From: an uncultured Nitrososphaeraceae archaeon
GTDB lineage: Archaea > Thermoproteota > Nitrososphaeria > Nitrososphaerales > Nitrososphaeraceae
Direction: 5' to 3'
Assembly (NCBI GenBank): GCA_963779615.1
Contig: CAVZZA010000005.1
Coordinates: 815,688-879,687, forward strand
Length of the DNA stretch: 64,000 bases
A program made the position numbers and the translations under genes. Position 1 is the stretch's first letter, and every line of letters begins with the position of its first letter. The notes under the pieces are model-generated. The model saw only the letters and a program-made list of their open reading frames with translations, did not search any database and was not told where the DNA came from. Positions 33,017 through 43,785 of this stretch are shown one piece after another.

Positions 33017-33430
33017 GTGAAAGGTAATAATAAAGGTGGTAGCTATGACAAAATCAAGCATCTTGTAGAAGTGGATGATGACATTTTGGCCGTTTTTATT
33101 GTAGTGTCTTCGCAAATCAGGGACCTATACATTGCAAAAGGCGCCCATACTGACAGAGCATACATCAATTCAATTTATGGCACTTTAGGTCTCTATGGCA
33201 ACAGTGAAACCACCGTTGGGGGTGGAAAAGGAACACCCGGTAACCACAGCCTTTTGGGCAAACTAAAATGGGTTGTTTCAGAATATGAGAATTTAAGGGT
33301 GTTGAAAATAATCGAGAAAGACAAAGTTGTTGTTGTCCTGGTGAACAGCAATACCCAGCTCCAACACACCGTAGACAACATTTTGGGGTATTACTATGAT
33401 TTGGATGAAACACCAAAAAGCCTGTTTTAG
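33017..33430 (+). CDS. Hypothetical protein (possible roadblock/profilin-like fold)
   Basis: 137-aa ORF with LGKLKWVVSEYENLRVLKI beta-hairpin pattern; same strand as the downstream antiporter. Confidence 0.5.
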   Translation: MKGNNKGGSYDKIKHLVEVDDDILAVFIVVSSQIRDLYIAKGAHTDRAYINSIYGTLGLYGNSETTVGGGKGTPGNHSLLGKLKWVVSEYENLRVLKIIEKDKVVVVLVNSNTQLQHTVDNILGYYYDLDETPKSLF

Positions 33431-33556
33431 CTGTTAAAGTTTATTACCATAGTTTATGGGCCAATATTAAAAACACAATTAATAGCAAGTAATCTTGACA
33501 GCTAAAAAGCATGTGTTATATTATCGTCGGCAAAGCAATATCTTGTTCGATAAGCA

Positions 33557-34768
33557 ATGGCAGCAGAATCTGTGTTTATCCATGTGATAATCTCACTTTC
33601 CATTTTCCTGTTCAGTGCTAAAATCTTTGCCGAGATTTTCCAAAGACTGAGGATGCCTGTTGTATTGGGTGAGCTGTTGGCTGGGATAATAGTGGGGCCC
33701 TATGCTTTGGGCGGACTACCACTGTTTGAAGGCGGCCCGCTAGTGGTATTGGATGAGACTGTCAAGCACATAGGAGAGCTGTCTGCCATTGTGATTTTGT
33801 TTGTTGCTGGATTGGAAATAACACCGAGGGAGTTTCTTAGGGGAGGTGCCGCCTCCTTTACTGTGGGGGCATTGGGTGTGATTGTGCCATTCTTTGTGGG
33901 GTTTGCCGTATTCTCGATGTATGGCCTGGGAGCGTTTGAGACCCTTTTGATTGCCACTGCCCTGACCGCAACAAGCATAGCTATATCCATTCAGGTGTTA
34001 ACTGAACTGGGGAGAATGCAGTCAAAGGAGGCACGGCTTATTTTGGGGGCCGCGATAGTTGACGACATCCTTGCGATTGCCGTATTGTCAGTTGTGGTTA
34101 CCATGGTCCAGTCTGGCAACATCACGCCGGACATAGTGGAAATCACTTTTCTCATTTTGAAAATACTGGGATTGTTTGCAATCCTGCTCACAGTTGCCAT
34201 ATTCCTCGTTCCAAGGATACTGCACCGCGAAAAATTGTGGAGGTCAAAGGGAAGCATTGAGGGAATCACAACTGCGATTTTCTTTGGGACAGCTGGGATA
34301 GCTGCCTATGTCGGGTTGTCGCCCATTGTGGGTGCCTTTGCAGTTGGAATGGCCATTGCCAGCACCAGGTTGATAAAGCAGGTTGAAGAGTATGTTCACA
34401 AACTGCAGTTTATCTTTGCCCCTCTTTTCTTTGCCATAATAGGCGCACAGGTGGACTTGAGGGGCATAAACCTCAATGTCCTTTTAATTGCCGGGATAAT
34501 TGTGGCGATTGCAATTTCCACAAAACTTTTGGGATGCGGCCTACCTTCGTTGATATTCCTCAAGGACAAGACTAAATCATTGAGGGTTGGAGTAGGTATG
34601 ATATCAAGGGGGGAAGTTGGGTTAATTGTTGCCGGTGTGGGAGTGACAACCGGAGCATTGTCCACCGACATTTATACCGCGATAATCATCATGGTGGCAG
34701 TAACTACGGTAATCACACCAATATGGCTTAAGAAGATATATCAAAAAGGGCCACCTGTAACCAAATAA
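33557..34768 (+). CDS. CPA2-family Na+(K+)/H+ antiporter (NapA/KefB-like)
   Basis: About 12 TM helices; PVVLGELLAGIIVGP, TATSIAIS, AAIVDDIL, SRGEVGLI. Confidence 0.95.
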   Translation: MAAESVFIHVIISLSIFLFSAKIFAEIFQRLRMPVVLGELLAGIIVGPYALGGLPLFEGGPLVVLDETVKHIGELSAIVILFVAGLEITPREFLRGGAASFTVGALGVIVPFFVGFAVFSMYGLGAFETLLIATALTATSIAISIQVLTELGRMQSKEARLILGAAIVDDILAIAVLSVVVTMVQSGNITPDIVEITFLILKILGLFAILLTVAIFLVPRILHREKLWRSKGSIEGITTAIFFGTAGIAAYVGLSPIVGAFAVGMAIASTRLIKQVEEYVHKLQFIFAPLFFAIIGAQVDLRGINLNVLLIAGIIVAIAISTKLLGCGLPSLIFLKDKTKSLRVGVGMISRGEVGLIVAGVGVTTGALSTDIYTAIIIMVAVTTVITPIWLKKIYQKGPPVTK

Positions 34769-34912
34769 AAGACAAATCGGATATTGATTTAACAATTACC
34801 GTAAAAATTCTTTTCCAAATGACATACTCAATTACCGGTTCCCAACGAATCTATTTTGTAATATTGCACCTTTTCTTAACGGAGGAACAAATGGTCTACC
34901 GGTTCATGGTTA

Positions 34913-35605
34913 TTAGTTATTTGCTTTTAGGAAGCCTGTGCCATCAGGACGCAAAAGTGCATAAGTAGTTGGTTCATAATAAAAAGTACCGTCCAAATCA
35001 ATATGTTCAATTCTGTTTGGGCTGTTTACATATGTCTTTGTTCCATTGGCATGTTCTGTGATGTTGTCAGGGTTTGAAAAAACTCTGATTTGGTGTATGG
35101 TGTTTTCATTATTTGGTGTTGTGGTGTTGTCGTTTACTTTAATCGATGCTCGCATTGACATGAGAATGTCAGACAGTGTGATTTCGTCATTGTTGTCAAC
35201 TGGATATTCAAAATCCATATGTTTTCCGTCTATTGTTATGGCGGGTTTGCCGGTGATATTGTAATCTGCCTGAAGGCTGCTGGGTTTTGACGTGAAGTTT
35301 GCTGAAATAACCACTTTCTCACTACCGGATAGCTGAGCTATGTCGGCCGAACCACTATCCGCTGTTGTATTGTCACCAGTATCGTTGTCCTGGCTGCCTG
35401 GGTTTGGTGTCCTTTGACTGAAGGTGGAATTAAATCCATCCGGTGACCCAAAAGATGAGTTTAAACCGGTTACTGATGTCGCCGTAGTGACATTTCTGGT
35501 TTGATTGGGAGAGGCATATGTGATATCGGGAATAACCATTAAAATAGAACATATGGCTGTAAAAACAGATAAAAAAGATGCGAAAATGGCTAAAGGTTTA
35601 GTCAT
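34913..35605 (-). CDS. Secreted Ser/Thr/Asn-rich hypothetical protein
   Basis: Signal peptide, several NxS/T sequons, low-complexity linker. Confidence 0.65.
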   Translation of the reverse strand: MTKPLAIFASFLSVFTAICSILMVIPDITYASPNQTRNVTTATSVTGLNSSFGSPDGFNSTFSQRTPNPGSQDNDTGDNTTADSGSADIAQLSGSEKVVISANFTSKPSSLQADYNITGKPAITIDGKHMDFEYPVDNNDEITLSDILMSMRASIKVNDNTTTPNNENTIHQIRVFSNPDNITEHANGTKTYVNSPNRIEHIDLDGTFYYEPTTYALLRPDGTGFLKANN

Positions 35606-35995
35606 TGGTGGTAGATGTTATGGGTGATTTTATATAATGATTTTGACACTGCAAATGCTAAATTCTTTTTTTGCCATTTGCTTCAAGCCTCTTTAGTAGT
35701 TCTGTGTTTTACTGAACCTTATCTCTTTCCTTGGATATGGGTTTAGAGTTTGATATTGGATTTGATTTTTATTGATATAAAAAAGGGTACAGAACTTCTT
35801 TATAAGACACCAAAATCAGCCGTCAAGTAGGAGTGGACTTCATGCTCAACCTATGCCTATGGGCAAGTTCATTGACATGGATGCCATTAAAGATGCGCCA
35901 TCTCTTTTAACTAGTGAAAACAAAAAACAAAGGTTTCTCCAAAAGATATGCTTTTACATGGGGTTGGGATTAGTGACTTTGTTCAACGAAACAAC

Positions 35996-36640
35996 ATGGA
36001 TGTGTTTCTATTTCTACTCGTTTCCCCGGATGTTTTGGCATATGTCAATGTTCTGGTAATAAGTTTCATCACGAGTATTATTTTGTTTATCCCTGTTCCG
36101 TATGTTCCCGTCTTGATAGCTACATCATTTAACGAGAAGTTGGATCCAAACCTTATCGCGTTAATGAGCACAATAGGTGTTACCTCCGGTAGGTCCATTA
36201 TATTTCTAGCTAGTTATTATGGCAGGAAGATGCTAAAGGATAGGACAAAAGAAAAAATGATGCCTCTCCAAAGATTGCTGATGAGATTTGGATGGATAGG
36301 CGCATTTGTTTCAGCCATCACTCCCTTTCCCCCAGATGATATGGTTATCATACTTTTAGGCATTGCCAAATACAATCCGTTGAAATTTGTGATTGCAAAC
36401 TTTGCGGGTAAATTGATTGCAAACATGGCTGTTGTATGGGGGGCAATATTGATGGGTAAGCCTTTAATAGAGCAACTTTTTGCGCAAAGCCAAAGTCCAT
36501 TATCAATCACCGTGATCTCAATAGTTAGTGTAGCCAGTGTAGTGTTGATTATCTATTCATTAATTAAGGCAGATTGGGCAAAAATCATTGGGAAATGGTT
36601 TCCTTGGACACTGAATGATGACTACAAAGATAACAAATAA
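35996..36640 (+). CDS. DedA/VTT (SNARE-associated) membrane protein
   Basis: ILFIPVPY, GRSIIFLASYYGR, AITPFPPDD, LGIAKYNPLKF; start taken at ATG 35996. Confidence 0.85.
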   Translation: MDVFLFLLVSPDVLAYVNVLVISFITSIILFIPVPYVPVLIATSFNEKLDPNLIALMSTIGVTSGRSIIFLASYYGRKMLKDRTKEKMMPLQRLLMRFGWIGAFVSAITPFPPDDMVIILLGIAKYNPLKFVIANFAGKLIANMAVVWGAILMGKPLIEQLFAQSQSPLSITVISIVSVASVVLIIYSLIKADWAKIIGKWFPWTLNDDYKDNK

Positions 36641-37030
36641 AGAGAGGATTTCACAAGGTGAAAGGAAACCGTTGCAGAGTTTAGTGTGGTTGCAGAGACT
36701 TGAGCATACAGCTACACCACAAAACTGCAGGTTAGATATTGGTGAAGTGCGGCATATTATAATAATTCCTGTCCGCTCTAAATGGTAAAATATTCCATCT
36801 TTAACATCACGTTTTAGTGAGATCACTATTCGATAACGCAAAACTAGAAATGCCCTTAATATCATTCATGGTGCCAATTAAAATTAATTTTTAAATTGAA
36901 TACTGTACTGTTTACAAAAACTCTTGGCAGGAAGTTTAATGCATTCAGCAATTGCTAAATATATTTTATTTAGACTTTGACATATATGCTTTTGTTAGTT
37001 TCCATATTCTTCATATACGTTTATGAATAG

Positions 37031-38494
37031 TTGTTTTCTACAGAAAATAACAAATTGCAAAGGAAATACGCTGTTGGCCTCATTTTGATAGCAATCTATG
37101 CCATTCTCCTTTTTACAGTTCCTTCCTTAATATTTGACAAAAATGTTACTCCCATCCTTGCCTCCATCACATTGATTATGGTTGCAGTGTATGTTTTGCT
37201 GGGTCTTGAGATTATTCACAGAACAGTCCTTGCTGCTTTTGCTGCCGTACTTTCCATCGTTTTGGCAGTCACATTGGGCTCCATACCTGCCGAAAAAAGC
37301 CTTGATTTCATAATTGAATCCATTGACTTCAACACCATAGGCCTCCTATTGGGAATGATGATTATAGTAGCTGTTCTGGGTGAGACAGGAATATTTTACC
37401 AGGTAGGCATAAAGTTGGGCAAGGTCAGTAAGGGCAATGTTTGGACCTTGATGTTGCTTCTTTGTGCATTTACTGCTGTTGCCTCAATGTTCGTTGACAA
37501 TGTTACAACCATCTTGCTTATGGTACCGGTTACCCTGTCAATAACAAGAACACTAAAGGTGCATCCCTTGCCTTTCATAATTGCCCAGGTTTTGGTATCA
37601 AACATAGGTGGAGCTGCCACCTTGATTGGTGACCCACCCAATATCCTTATTGGCTCAGCCGCAGGAATAGACTTTAACTCTTTTCTTGTCTATATGGGTC
37701 CAACCATGGCGATAATCTTTGCAGTTTCCTTGTTACTGTTAAGATTGTTCTTCAAAAAAGAACTAAAAGGGGAGCAAAGCCTCGAAAAGGAGTCGGATGT
37801 GCAGGTGCTGATGCACAGGGATGAAGACGCCATAGTGTCACGCAGCAAAGGACTACTGATAAAATCAATGATTGTATTGATAGGGGTTATCGTTCTGTTT
37901 TCGCTTCAAGGTATAACCCATCTGGAGGTCTCTATAGTTGCGATAGGTGGAGCTGCGGTGCTCCTTGCCATAACAAGAATTCCCTTTGAGAAAATACTGC
38001 ATGAGGTTGATTGGTCCACCCTCTTGTTCTTTATAGGCTTGTTTGTTATAGTGGGGATAGCAGAGCATGCAGGCCTTATAACGGTACTGGCAAAACTCGC
38101 CATTGGCATAACGGGCGGCGATTCCTGGCTCACTTTTGTAATGATAATATGGCTATCTGGCATTGCAAGCGCCTTTGTTGACAACATACCATTCACAACC
38201 ACGATGATTCCACTGGTCCATTCACTTGCCTCCACACCGGATATAGCATCAACATTTGGCACTGAGTTTCATATCAACCCGTTATGGTGGGCTTTGGCGC
38301 TGGGGGCTGACTTGGGGGGGAACGGCACATTGATAGGCTCAAGTGCAGGGGTGGTTGCCGCGGGCTTGAGCATGAAGTTTGGACACCCCATATCCTTTAT
38401 GAGGTTCTTTAGGATAGGATTTCCCTTTATGCTGATTACATTGGCAATAGGAACGTTTGTTCTTCCAATGGTATTGCTTTTGATAGGTGGATGA
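37031..38494 (+). CDS. ArsB/NhaD (IT superfamily) transporter
   Basis: IDFNTIGLLLGMM, SMFVDNVTT, SNIGGAATLIGDPPNI, SAFVDNIPF, GGNGTLIGSSA. Confidence 0.93.
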   Translation: MFSTENNKLQRKYAVGLILIAIYAILLFTVPSLIFDKNVTPILASITLIMVAVYVLLGLEIIHRTVLAAFAAVLSIVLAVTLGSIPAEKSLDFIIESIDFNTIGLLLGMMIIVAVLGETGIFYQVGIKLGKVSKGNVWTLMLLLCAFTAVASMFVDNVTTILLMVPVTLSITRTLKVHPLPFIIAQVLVSNIGGAATLIGDPPNILIGSAAGIDFNSFLVYMGPTMAIIFAVSLLLLRLFFKKELKGEQSLEKESDVQVLMHRDEDAIVSRSKGLLIKSMIVLIGVIVLFSLQGITHLEVSIVAIGGAAVLLAITRIPFEKILHEVDWSTLLFFIGLFVIVGIAEHAGLITVLAKLAIGITGGDSWLTFVMIIWLSGIASAFVDNIPFTTTMIPLVHSLASTPDIASTFGTEFHINPLWWALALGADLGGNGTLIGSSAGVVAAGLSMKFGHPISFMRFFRIGFPFMLITLAIGTFVLPMVLLLIGG

Positions 38495-38650
38495 ATTCAC
38501 ATGCAATATGTTTTCCTTAAAGAATCTTCACTTCTCGTTTTAATTAATATCACTAAATTCACCAACAAGGCTGGGATAGTCGGATTCAGACCTTGCATGC
38601 TTTGGGATTTGTTGTATTCATTTTAAATGTTATGAAAACAAAAAGGGGTT

Positions 38651-39270
38651 CTAAAGTTAAGGGTTTCCATTTCCCCGTTATGAAAATCGGCTAAAAGATT
38701 CAGCCAGTTAACCACATGCTTTATTTTACACTTCATCTTTTTACACGGAAAGTAGTCATCAAAGCATTCGGTCCCGTCCTTGACGTTCTGCATGGGCCTA
38801 TCCATGATGTTTTTCTCTGGGTAGGAATGGATATGGTGTTTCCCCCTCCCAGGAATCTGCATGTTTGTGGGTAACACGTTCCACCATCGGTCGAGACAGG
38901 GTGTTCTCATTCTTTTACAACCGGTGGGGACAGAAAACGCTCGGCCAAAAGCATACTCCTTTCCTCGGCGGGTGCTCATTGAAAGGATGACTTTGTTTGT
39001 AGGCTCAATTACTATCCATCAAAGCCATACCGGATTTGAGTCAACCTTGAGCAATGTTTTGTCAATGACAAACTCCCCGACCTTCTTTTTATTTGACAAG
39101 ACTTTCTTTGATTTGTATTTTTGTATCCAGTTCCGGATGTAGACATGTTCCTTTTGATAAGGCATGAGGACAGCCTACAGAAGCCTTTCTTAAAGATGAA
39201 CCTGAAAAATAAAAGAACAGGTCATACCAAGGTATTGTGAAGGTGCTCTTTTTTTGGTATTCACAAGAAA
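38651..39270 (-). mobile_element. Decayed IS6-like DDE transposase remnant
   Basis: Minus-strand fragments HVYIRNWIQKY...EFVIDKTLLKV...VWL*WIVIEP and CFDDYFPCKKMKCKIKHVVNWLNL, with stops and frameshifts. Confidence 0.75.
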
Positions 39271-39434
39271 ATAAGGCATATCCAATCTACGGGGTTTCGT
39301 CAAATGAACCGATCCCTCAAACCTTTGAAAAATAACAAATATCAGATATTTGAATTAGTGAACGCACTTAGTAATACATCTTTATTTCAAATACTATTTT
39401 TAAAGATAAATAGTTGCATAGGCTTTAATTAGCT

Positions 39435-40490
39435 GTGAGCAATGTTTTTTCTTTTTGCCTTTTTTTTATGCTTTTAATCACGTCATTTGCAAGCTATGCA
39501 TTTACATTTAGCAACGTTTTTGGGGATGGGTTATTTATGGAGGAGTTGGCCGGGTCCCTTGGAGACCGCCAGGCAAATTTGCTGATAAAGATGTCACCGC
39601 CGGTAGTAACCACCGAACTGATCCGGAAGCAGGGTCAACAGCCAGTTATAGAGTTTAAGCTGTATGATTCAAAAACCAACCAGACATTCAAAGAAGTCAC
39701 CTACTTTATCACGATTGAGAAAAACGGGAAACAGTTGTTGGCCGATTGGTTTTACAATCCAAATGGGGACCTGTTGCTTCAAATGCAGCCAAGAAACACG
39801 AGCCATATTACTGTATCCGGAGAGCTTGACCCTATTCTGAATGCCTATACCAGCCAGGGTTCTGGACACGTGGTGGCCTCAGGTCCGATATTTTCTGAAG
39901 GCGGGCTGTACCATTTTATTGTGAGAATTGTCACTGTCGATTTTTCCAGAACAATCTTGCCTGATGACAAGCAACCAGAGTTCAATGGCTGGCTTAGTGT
40001 CGGTGCCTACAAAGAAAAAGATGTTAACATAGGCGGCAAACCTGTTCCAATCAAGATACTCGGGTATTATGATAAAATAGGTAATATCACCTATGTACCC
40101 AAATCAAATGCGATTTCGTTTGATATGCCGTTTAGCTATGACATGGATAGACTGAACGCTAAGGAAAACAACGTGTATATTCATCAGGAAATGTACATAC
40201 CAAAACCAAGCGTTTTGTCTGCTACCGGTAGTTATACAGGACTTGTTAATGGGGTGGATGTAACTAACAACATGGTGGTGGATGGGTCCAACAAAACACA
40301 GGATGTGGCGCATTTCATGCTAACAAAACCAGTAGTTTTGCAGATAGCCAGCAAGCACAATCAGACTTCATCGAACAATTCATCATCTTCAACCATGGAC
40401 TTTACCCTCATGCCTTCCAAAAATGGCTCCAAGTCTACTGGGGCCCCCATGGACATGTCAAAAATGCTGATGCCACCACCTACTCAATAA
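39435..40490 (+). CDS. Secreted thaumarchaeal hypothetical protein with a Met-rich C-terminus
   Basis: Signal peptide; FKLYDSKTNQTFKEVTYFITIEKNGK, GPIFSEGGLYHF and YIHQEMYIPK; tail PMDMSKMLMPPPTQ. Confidence 0.75.
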   Translation: MSNVFSFCLFFMLLITSFASYAFTFSNVFGDGLFMEELAGSLGDRQANLLIKMSPPVVTTELIRKQGQQPVIEFKLYDSKTNQTFKEVTYFITIEKNGKQLLADWFYNPNGDLLLQMQPRNTSHITVSGELDPILNAYTSQGSGHVVASGPIFSEGGLYHFIVRIVTVDFSRTILPDDKQPEFNGWLSVGAYKEKDVNIGGKPVPIKILGYYDKIGNITYVPKSNAISFDMPFSYDMDRLNAKENNVYIHQEMYIPKPSVLSATGSYTGLVNGVDVTNNMVVDGSNKTQDVAHFMLTKPVVLQIASKHNQTSSNNSSSSTMDFTLMPSKNGSKSTGAPMDMSKMLMPPPTQ

Positions 40491-40812
40491 CTTTTATTTT
40501 TCAAGTACCGATTGACTATGCCTCCATTTTTTTTATGTTCTTTCTTTATGGAATGAGGTCAATACAGTTAGTGTTAACATGTTGGTTCTATGTCTCTTGT
40601 TTTGTCATCTGCTTTTTAATTTAATTTGGCAATTGCCCTATGCTGCAAATGGTATTGTATCTGCAAAGCAAATCATGGTCATAGCATGATGCGATTTGCT
40701 AAAAATTTAATATGGACCTAATTGCCATTTGAAAAATGGAGCAAAGCACAACCTATTCAAATTCTAAAATGATGGAAAGACAGATTTTAAAAATATTCAT
40801 CTCTTTTTTTTC

Positions 40813-41811
40813 CTAAATTATCCTCTTCTTGATGAGTATAACAAACACAACCAAAACTATCGGTATCGCTATTATGATTGCGTATACAGAGTAGACAATG
40901 GTCAATGTGTTTATAAATCCCAATGATGAGGACTTTGCCGGTGTATTTTGCATGCTGCCAGATAGGTTGGGAGAAGTTGGATTGGGGTTATCGTATACTA
41001 TTGTGCCATGCTGTGAAAAGGAACTTGGGTCCTGGTTGCTTTCCATCTTGATGGTTAGATTGCCAGGGGCGCCAAATGCATACTTTACCACACTGGAGCC
41101 CATCTGGGTAATCCCGGTTGTCCTGTAAATTTCCTTTCCGTTTTGAATCAAAACAAAATTATAGGGCCACAGATGCAGTTTAGTGTTTTTTGGCATCTCA
41201 AAAAAATCAATTATGAAGTTAATTGGCTCGTTTGTCTTTATTGATGATGGACTCCAGGAGAGGCCTGTCTCAAACTTTTTGTCATTGGATAAAACATATG
41301 AGGGAAACTTGTCGATTCTGTTTCCGTTCTTGTCAACCGCATAAGGGGGTATGTTTGTGCTTTCGCCTTTGACATTAACGGTTCCCTCCATCCATGGGTG
41401 AATGGTGCAAAAGTAGTTGAATGTGCCTGGCCTGTCAAATTTAAAAGACCATGAATCGTTGGGCTTAAACAGCCCACTGTCAAACAGGCCATTGGGTTTT
41501 CCCTTTGAGTTTGTTGTTGCGCTGGCCAGGCCTCCACCCAAGCCGCTTGTCACTGTATGGGGTTCTGTGTCAGAGTTAATCCATTTTACGGTATCATTTA
41601 CATTGATTGTGATTTCTGCTGGCCTGTACCACTGCTTTAGTGTGAATTTTGTCATGTCCACTTCAGGGTTTGCTGACCCCTTGGGTATTGTTATGGTCTT
41701 TTCCTCGTTGGTCTGCGCAAAGATAACGGCTAATACACTTTCATTGCCAAGATAAAAAAATAATATGAATAATACTGTCATTGTAAAAATTATTAAATTT
41801 CCCATATTCAC
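40813..41811 (-). CDS. Membrane-anchored type-1 blue copper (plastocyanin/cupredoxin) protein
   Basis: VKWINSDTEPHTVTSG and YFCTIHPWMEG (His/Cys/His/Met ligands); signal peptide and C-terminal TM helix. Confidence 0.92.
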   Translation of the reverse strand: MNMGNLIIFTMTVLFILFFYLGNESVLAVIFAQTNEEKTITIPKGSANPEVDMTKFTLKQWYRPAEITINVNDTVKWINSDTEPHTVTSGLGGGLASATTNSKGKPNGLFDSGLFKPNDSWSFKFDRPGTFNYFCTIHPWMEGTVNVKGESTNIPPYAVDKNGNRIDKFPSYVLSNDKKFETGLSWSPSSIKTNEPINFIIDFFEMPKNTKLHLWPYNFVLIQNGKEIYRTTGITQMGSSVVKYAFGAPGNLTIKMESNQDPSSFSQHGTIVYDNPNPTSPNLSGSMQNTPAKSSSLGFINTLTIVYSVYAIIIAIPIVLVVFVILIKKRII

Positions 41812-42098
41812 TTGATTTGTTATGTACTATTAAAGTCATTTAACACTGCAGGTCTAAATGTTAAGGGCCTATTCCAAAACTGTCTTTCTTTAGGTTATGA
41901 TGTTACACAGTAGCTGCACCAAATCAAGGTAGATCTCTTTCCTGTCATGTCTTGTGAACAGCTTTCTGAATCTTTGGTGCTGTGCTGTGATTTTGTTCTC
42001 GTCACTAATCATCTTCTTGAAGGGGTGTCACCTTTGTTGACACATGTTATCTGTTCCCGCCTAACTTTCATCAAACTTTTGGCATAAATGATCTAAAA

Positions 42099-42387
42099 CT
42101 AATGTTTGAATCCTGCCAAGTTATTCAGAATGTAATTTGCCATTGTGTAGGATAACCCTCCGGCGCCAAAACCCAGTATGACCGGTGGGATGGATTGGGC
42201 CGTGCTAAAGGCCTCCTCCATCAGTGAAAAAGCCAAAGCTGCAACTAACACCCCACTGCCAAAAGCCATTATGGTGGCAATAACTGATTTGGGTAGCCTT
42301 ACAAACAACCCCAAAAGAGCCTAATAGAAGTGGAACACTGGCAACAAAACCCGCCATCAAAGCATGTAATACGGTGTTTGTTGCCAA
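42099..42387 (-). pseudogene. ZIP-family zinc transporter N-terminal fragment
   Basis: VIATIMAFGSGVLVAALAFSLMEEAF; frameshifted and truncated. Confidence 0.75.
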
Positions 42388-42657
42388 GCCATTTGTCTTT
42401 CCATTGTTATTTTATTATATTTGTTATGAGGTAATCATAATCAATAGGTCCTCTTGTATATTGCTAAAAATTTCATTAAAGCATATGGTGGAGGGATATG
42501 GAGTAAAAAAATAACAACGATGGAAAGGTGCCACCTTTTCAGTTAGTCCTGCCTTTAAGTTAGATCATGTTAAGGAATTCAATTTCAGAAAGATTTGGAA
42601 ACAATCTGGATGAGTCTTGGAAAATCGCTTATAATCAGTAACGAATGTATCTATCTT

Positions 42658-43310
42658 GTGAAAGGTCTTGATAAAACAAATAGTAAAAAAACCAATGGCA
42701 AAAGAATTGCTGTTGCCTTCTCCATAATAGTTGGAATTGGTATAACAACAGTGCTTTATTATCTTGTGTCACCATTGTTTATCTCAACCGAGATAAATGA
42801 GCCACTTCCTTCTGGCGCATTTTCCCCATCCTACCAGGAGTTTGGGGAAATGACGGAAGGACAAAGGATTCATGCAGCAAATAACATGAGCAGTCATGAC
42901 AAAAGTCAAATGCTGATTCAGTATGCAAATGTTGGCAATAGTAGCAGAATGGATGAGAGCATTGATAATAACAACAACCCTGTCCAAGCAAGCGGTAGGG
43001 GTGGTTCCTTTGTGGGTGTTGATGATGGAATACACAATGCAGAAGGCATTGCCAAATAATTTCTATAGATGACAGCCGCAGCATCTTGAGGTTAGAGGGC
43101 TTAAAGGCTACAAATGGTCCTGACCTTTATGTGTATTTAGCAACAGACAAGAGTGCATCAGACACTGTTAACCTTGGGCGACTAAAAGCCAATAACGGTA
43201 ATCAGAACTACGATATACCTTTGGGAACGGATTTATCAAAACATGATACCGTCCTGATATGGTGTAAAGCATTTTCGGTCCTGTTTGGCAGTGCGGAATT
43301 AAAGACATAG
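42658..43310 (+). CDS. Membrane-anchored DM13-domain protein, split by a 1-nt deletion in an A-run near 43055
   Basis: GSFVGVDDGIHNAEG, LRLEGLKATNGPDLYVYL, LGRLKANNGNQNYDIP, VLIWCKAFSVLFGSAEL. Confidence 0.85.
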
Positions 43311-43785
43311 AACCATTTCCTTTATTGGTTCTGTTGACTTATTTAGGATAACGACTTTCTAGGACAGGAGACCAGAAGGAAATAAAGGATTTTGTCTTCT
43401 GCAATATGTTTGCCCAAGAATGGATACACTTTGACAATACACAAGATAGTCAAGCAAGAAGACGGATAAGCGAATAATGTCAGGCACTTAAAAGCAAGAT
43501 TCAATAGAGATGACTAACGGGATGACTCAAAACGCATTTTGGAATTTTGTTGACTGATGGTTATTTGAAATTGTTCCTTTTTTTCCATGCCTAACTCTGG
43601 ATGCAAATCATCATCTTTTTTACGTCGCTCTCCTGATCTCAAGCCTTGTGACCATCTTGCACACCTGCTCTGCAAACTCGTTCCCATTTTCGAATACCTT
43701 AAGCTCATTATCCATCTCCCCGATATGTTGGTTGGTATACACTTGTATTGTAAATAACTAAATGTAGAAGCAGAAAATTAGTAAT

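Noticed and set aside
43514-43708. Possible second Hsp20 fragment
   Set aside because: No convincing alpha-crystallin motif could be recovered in any frame
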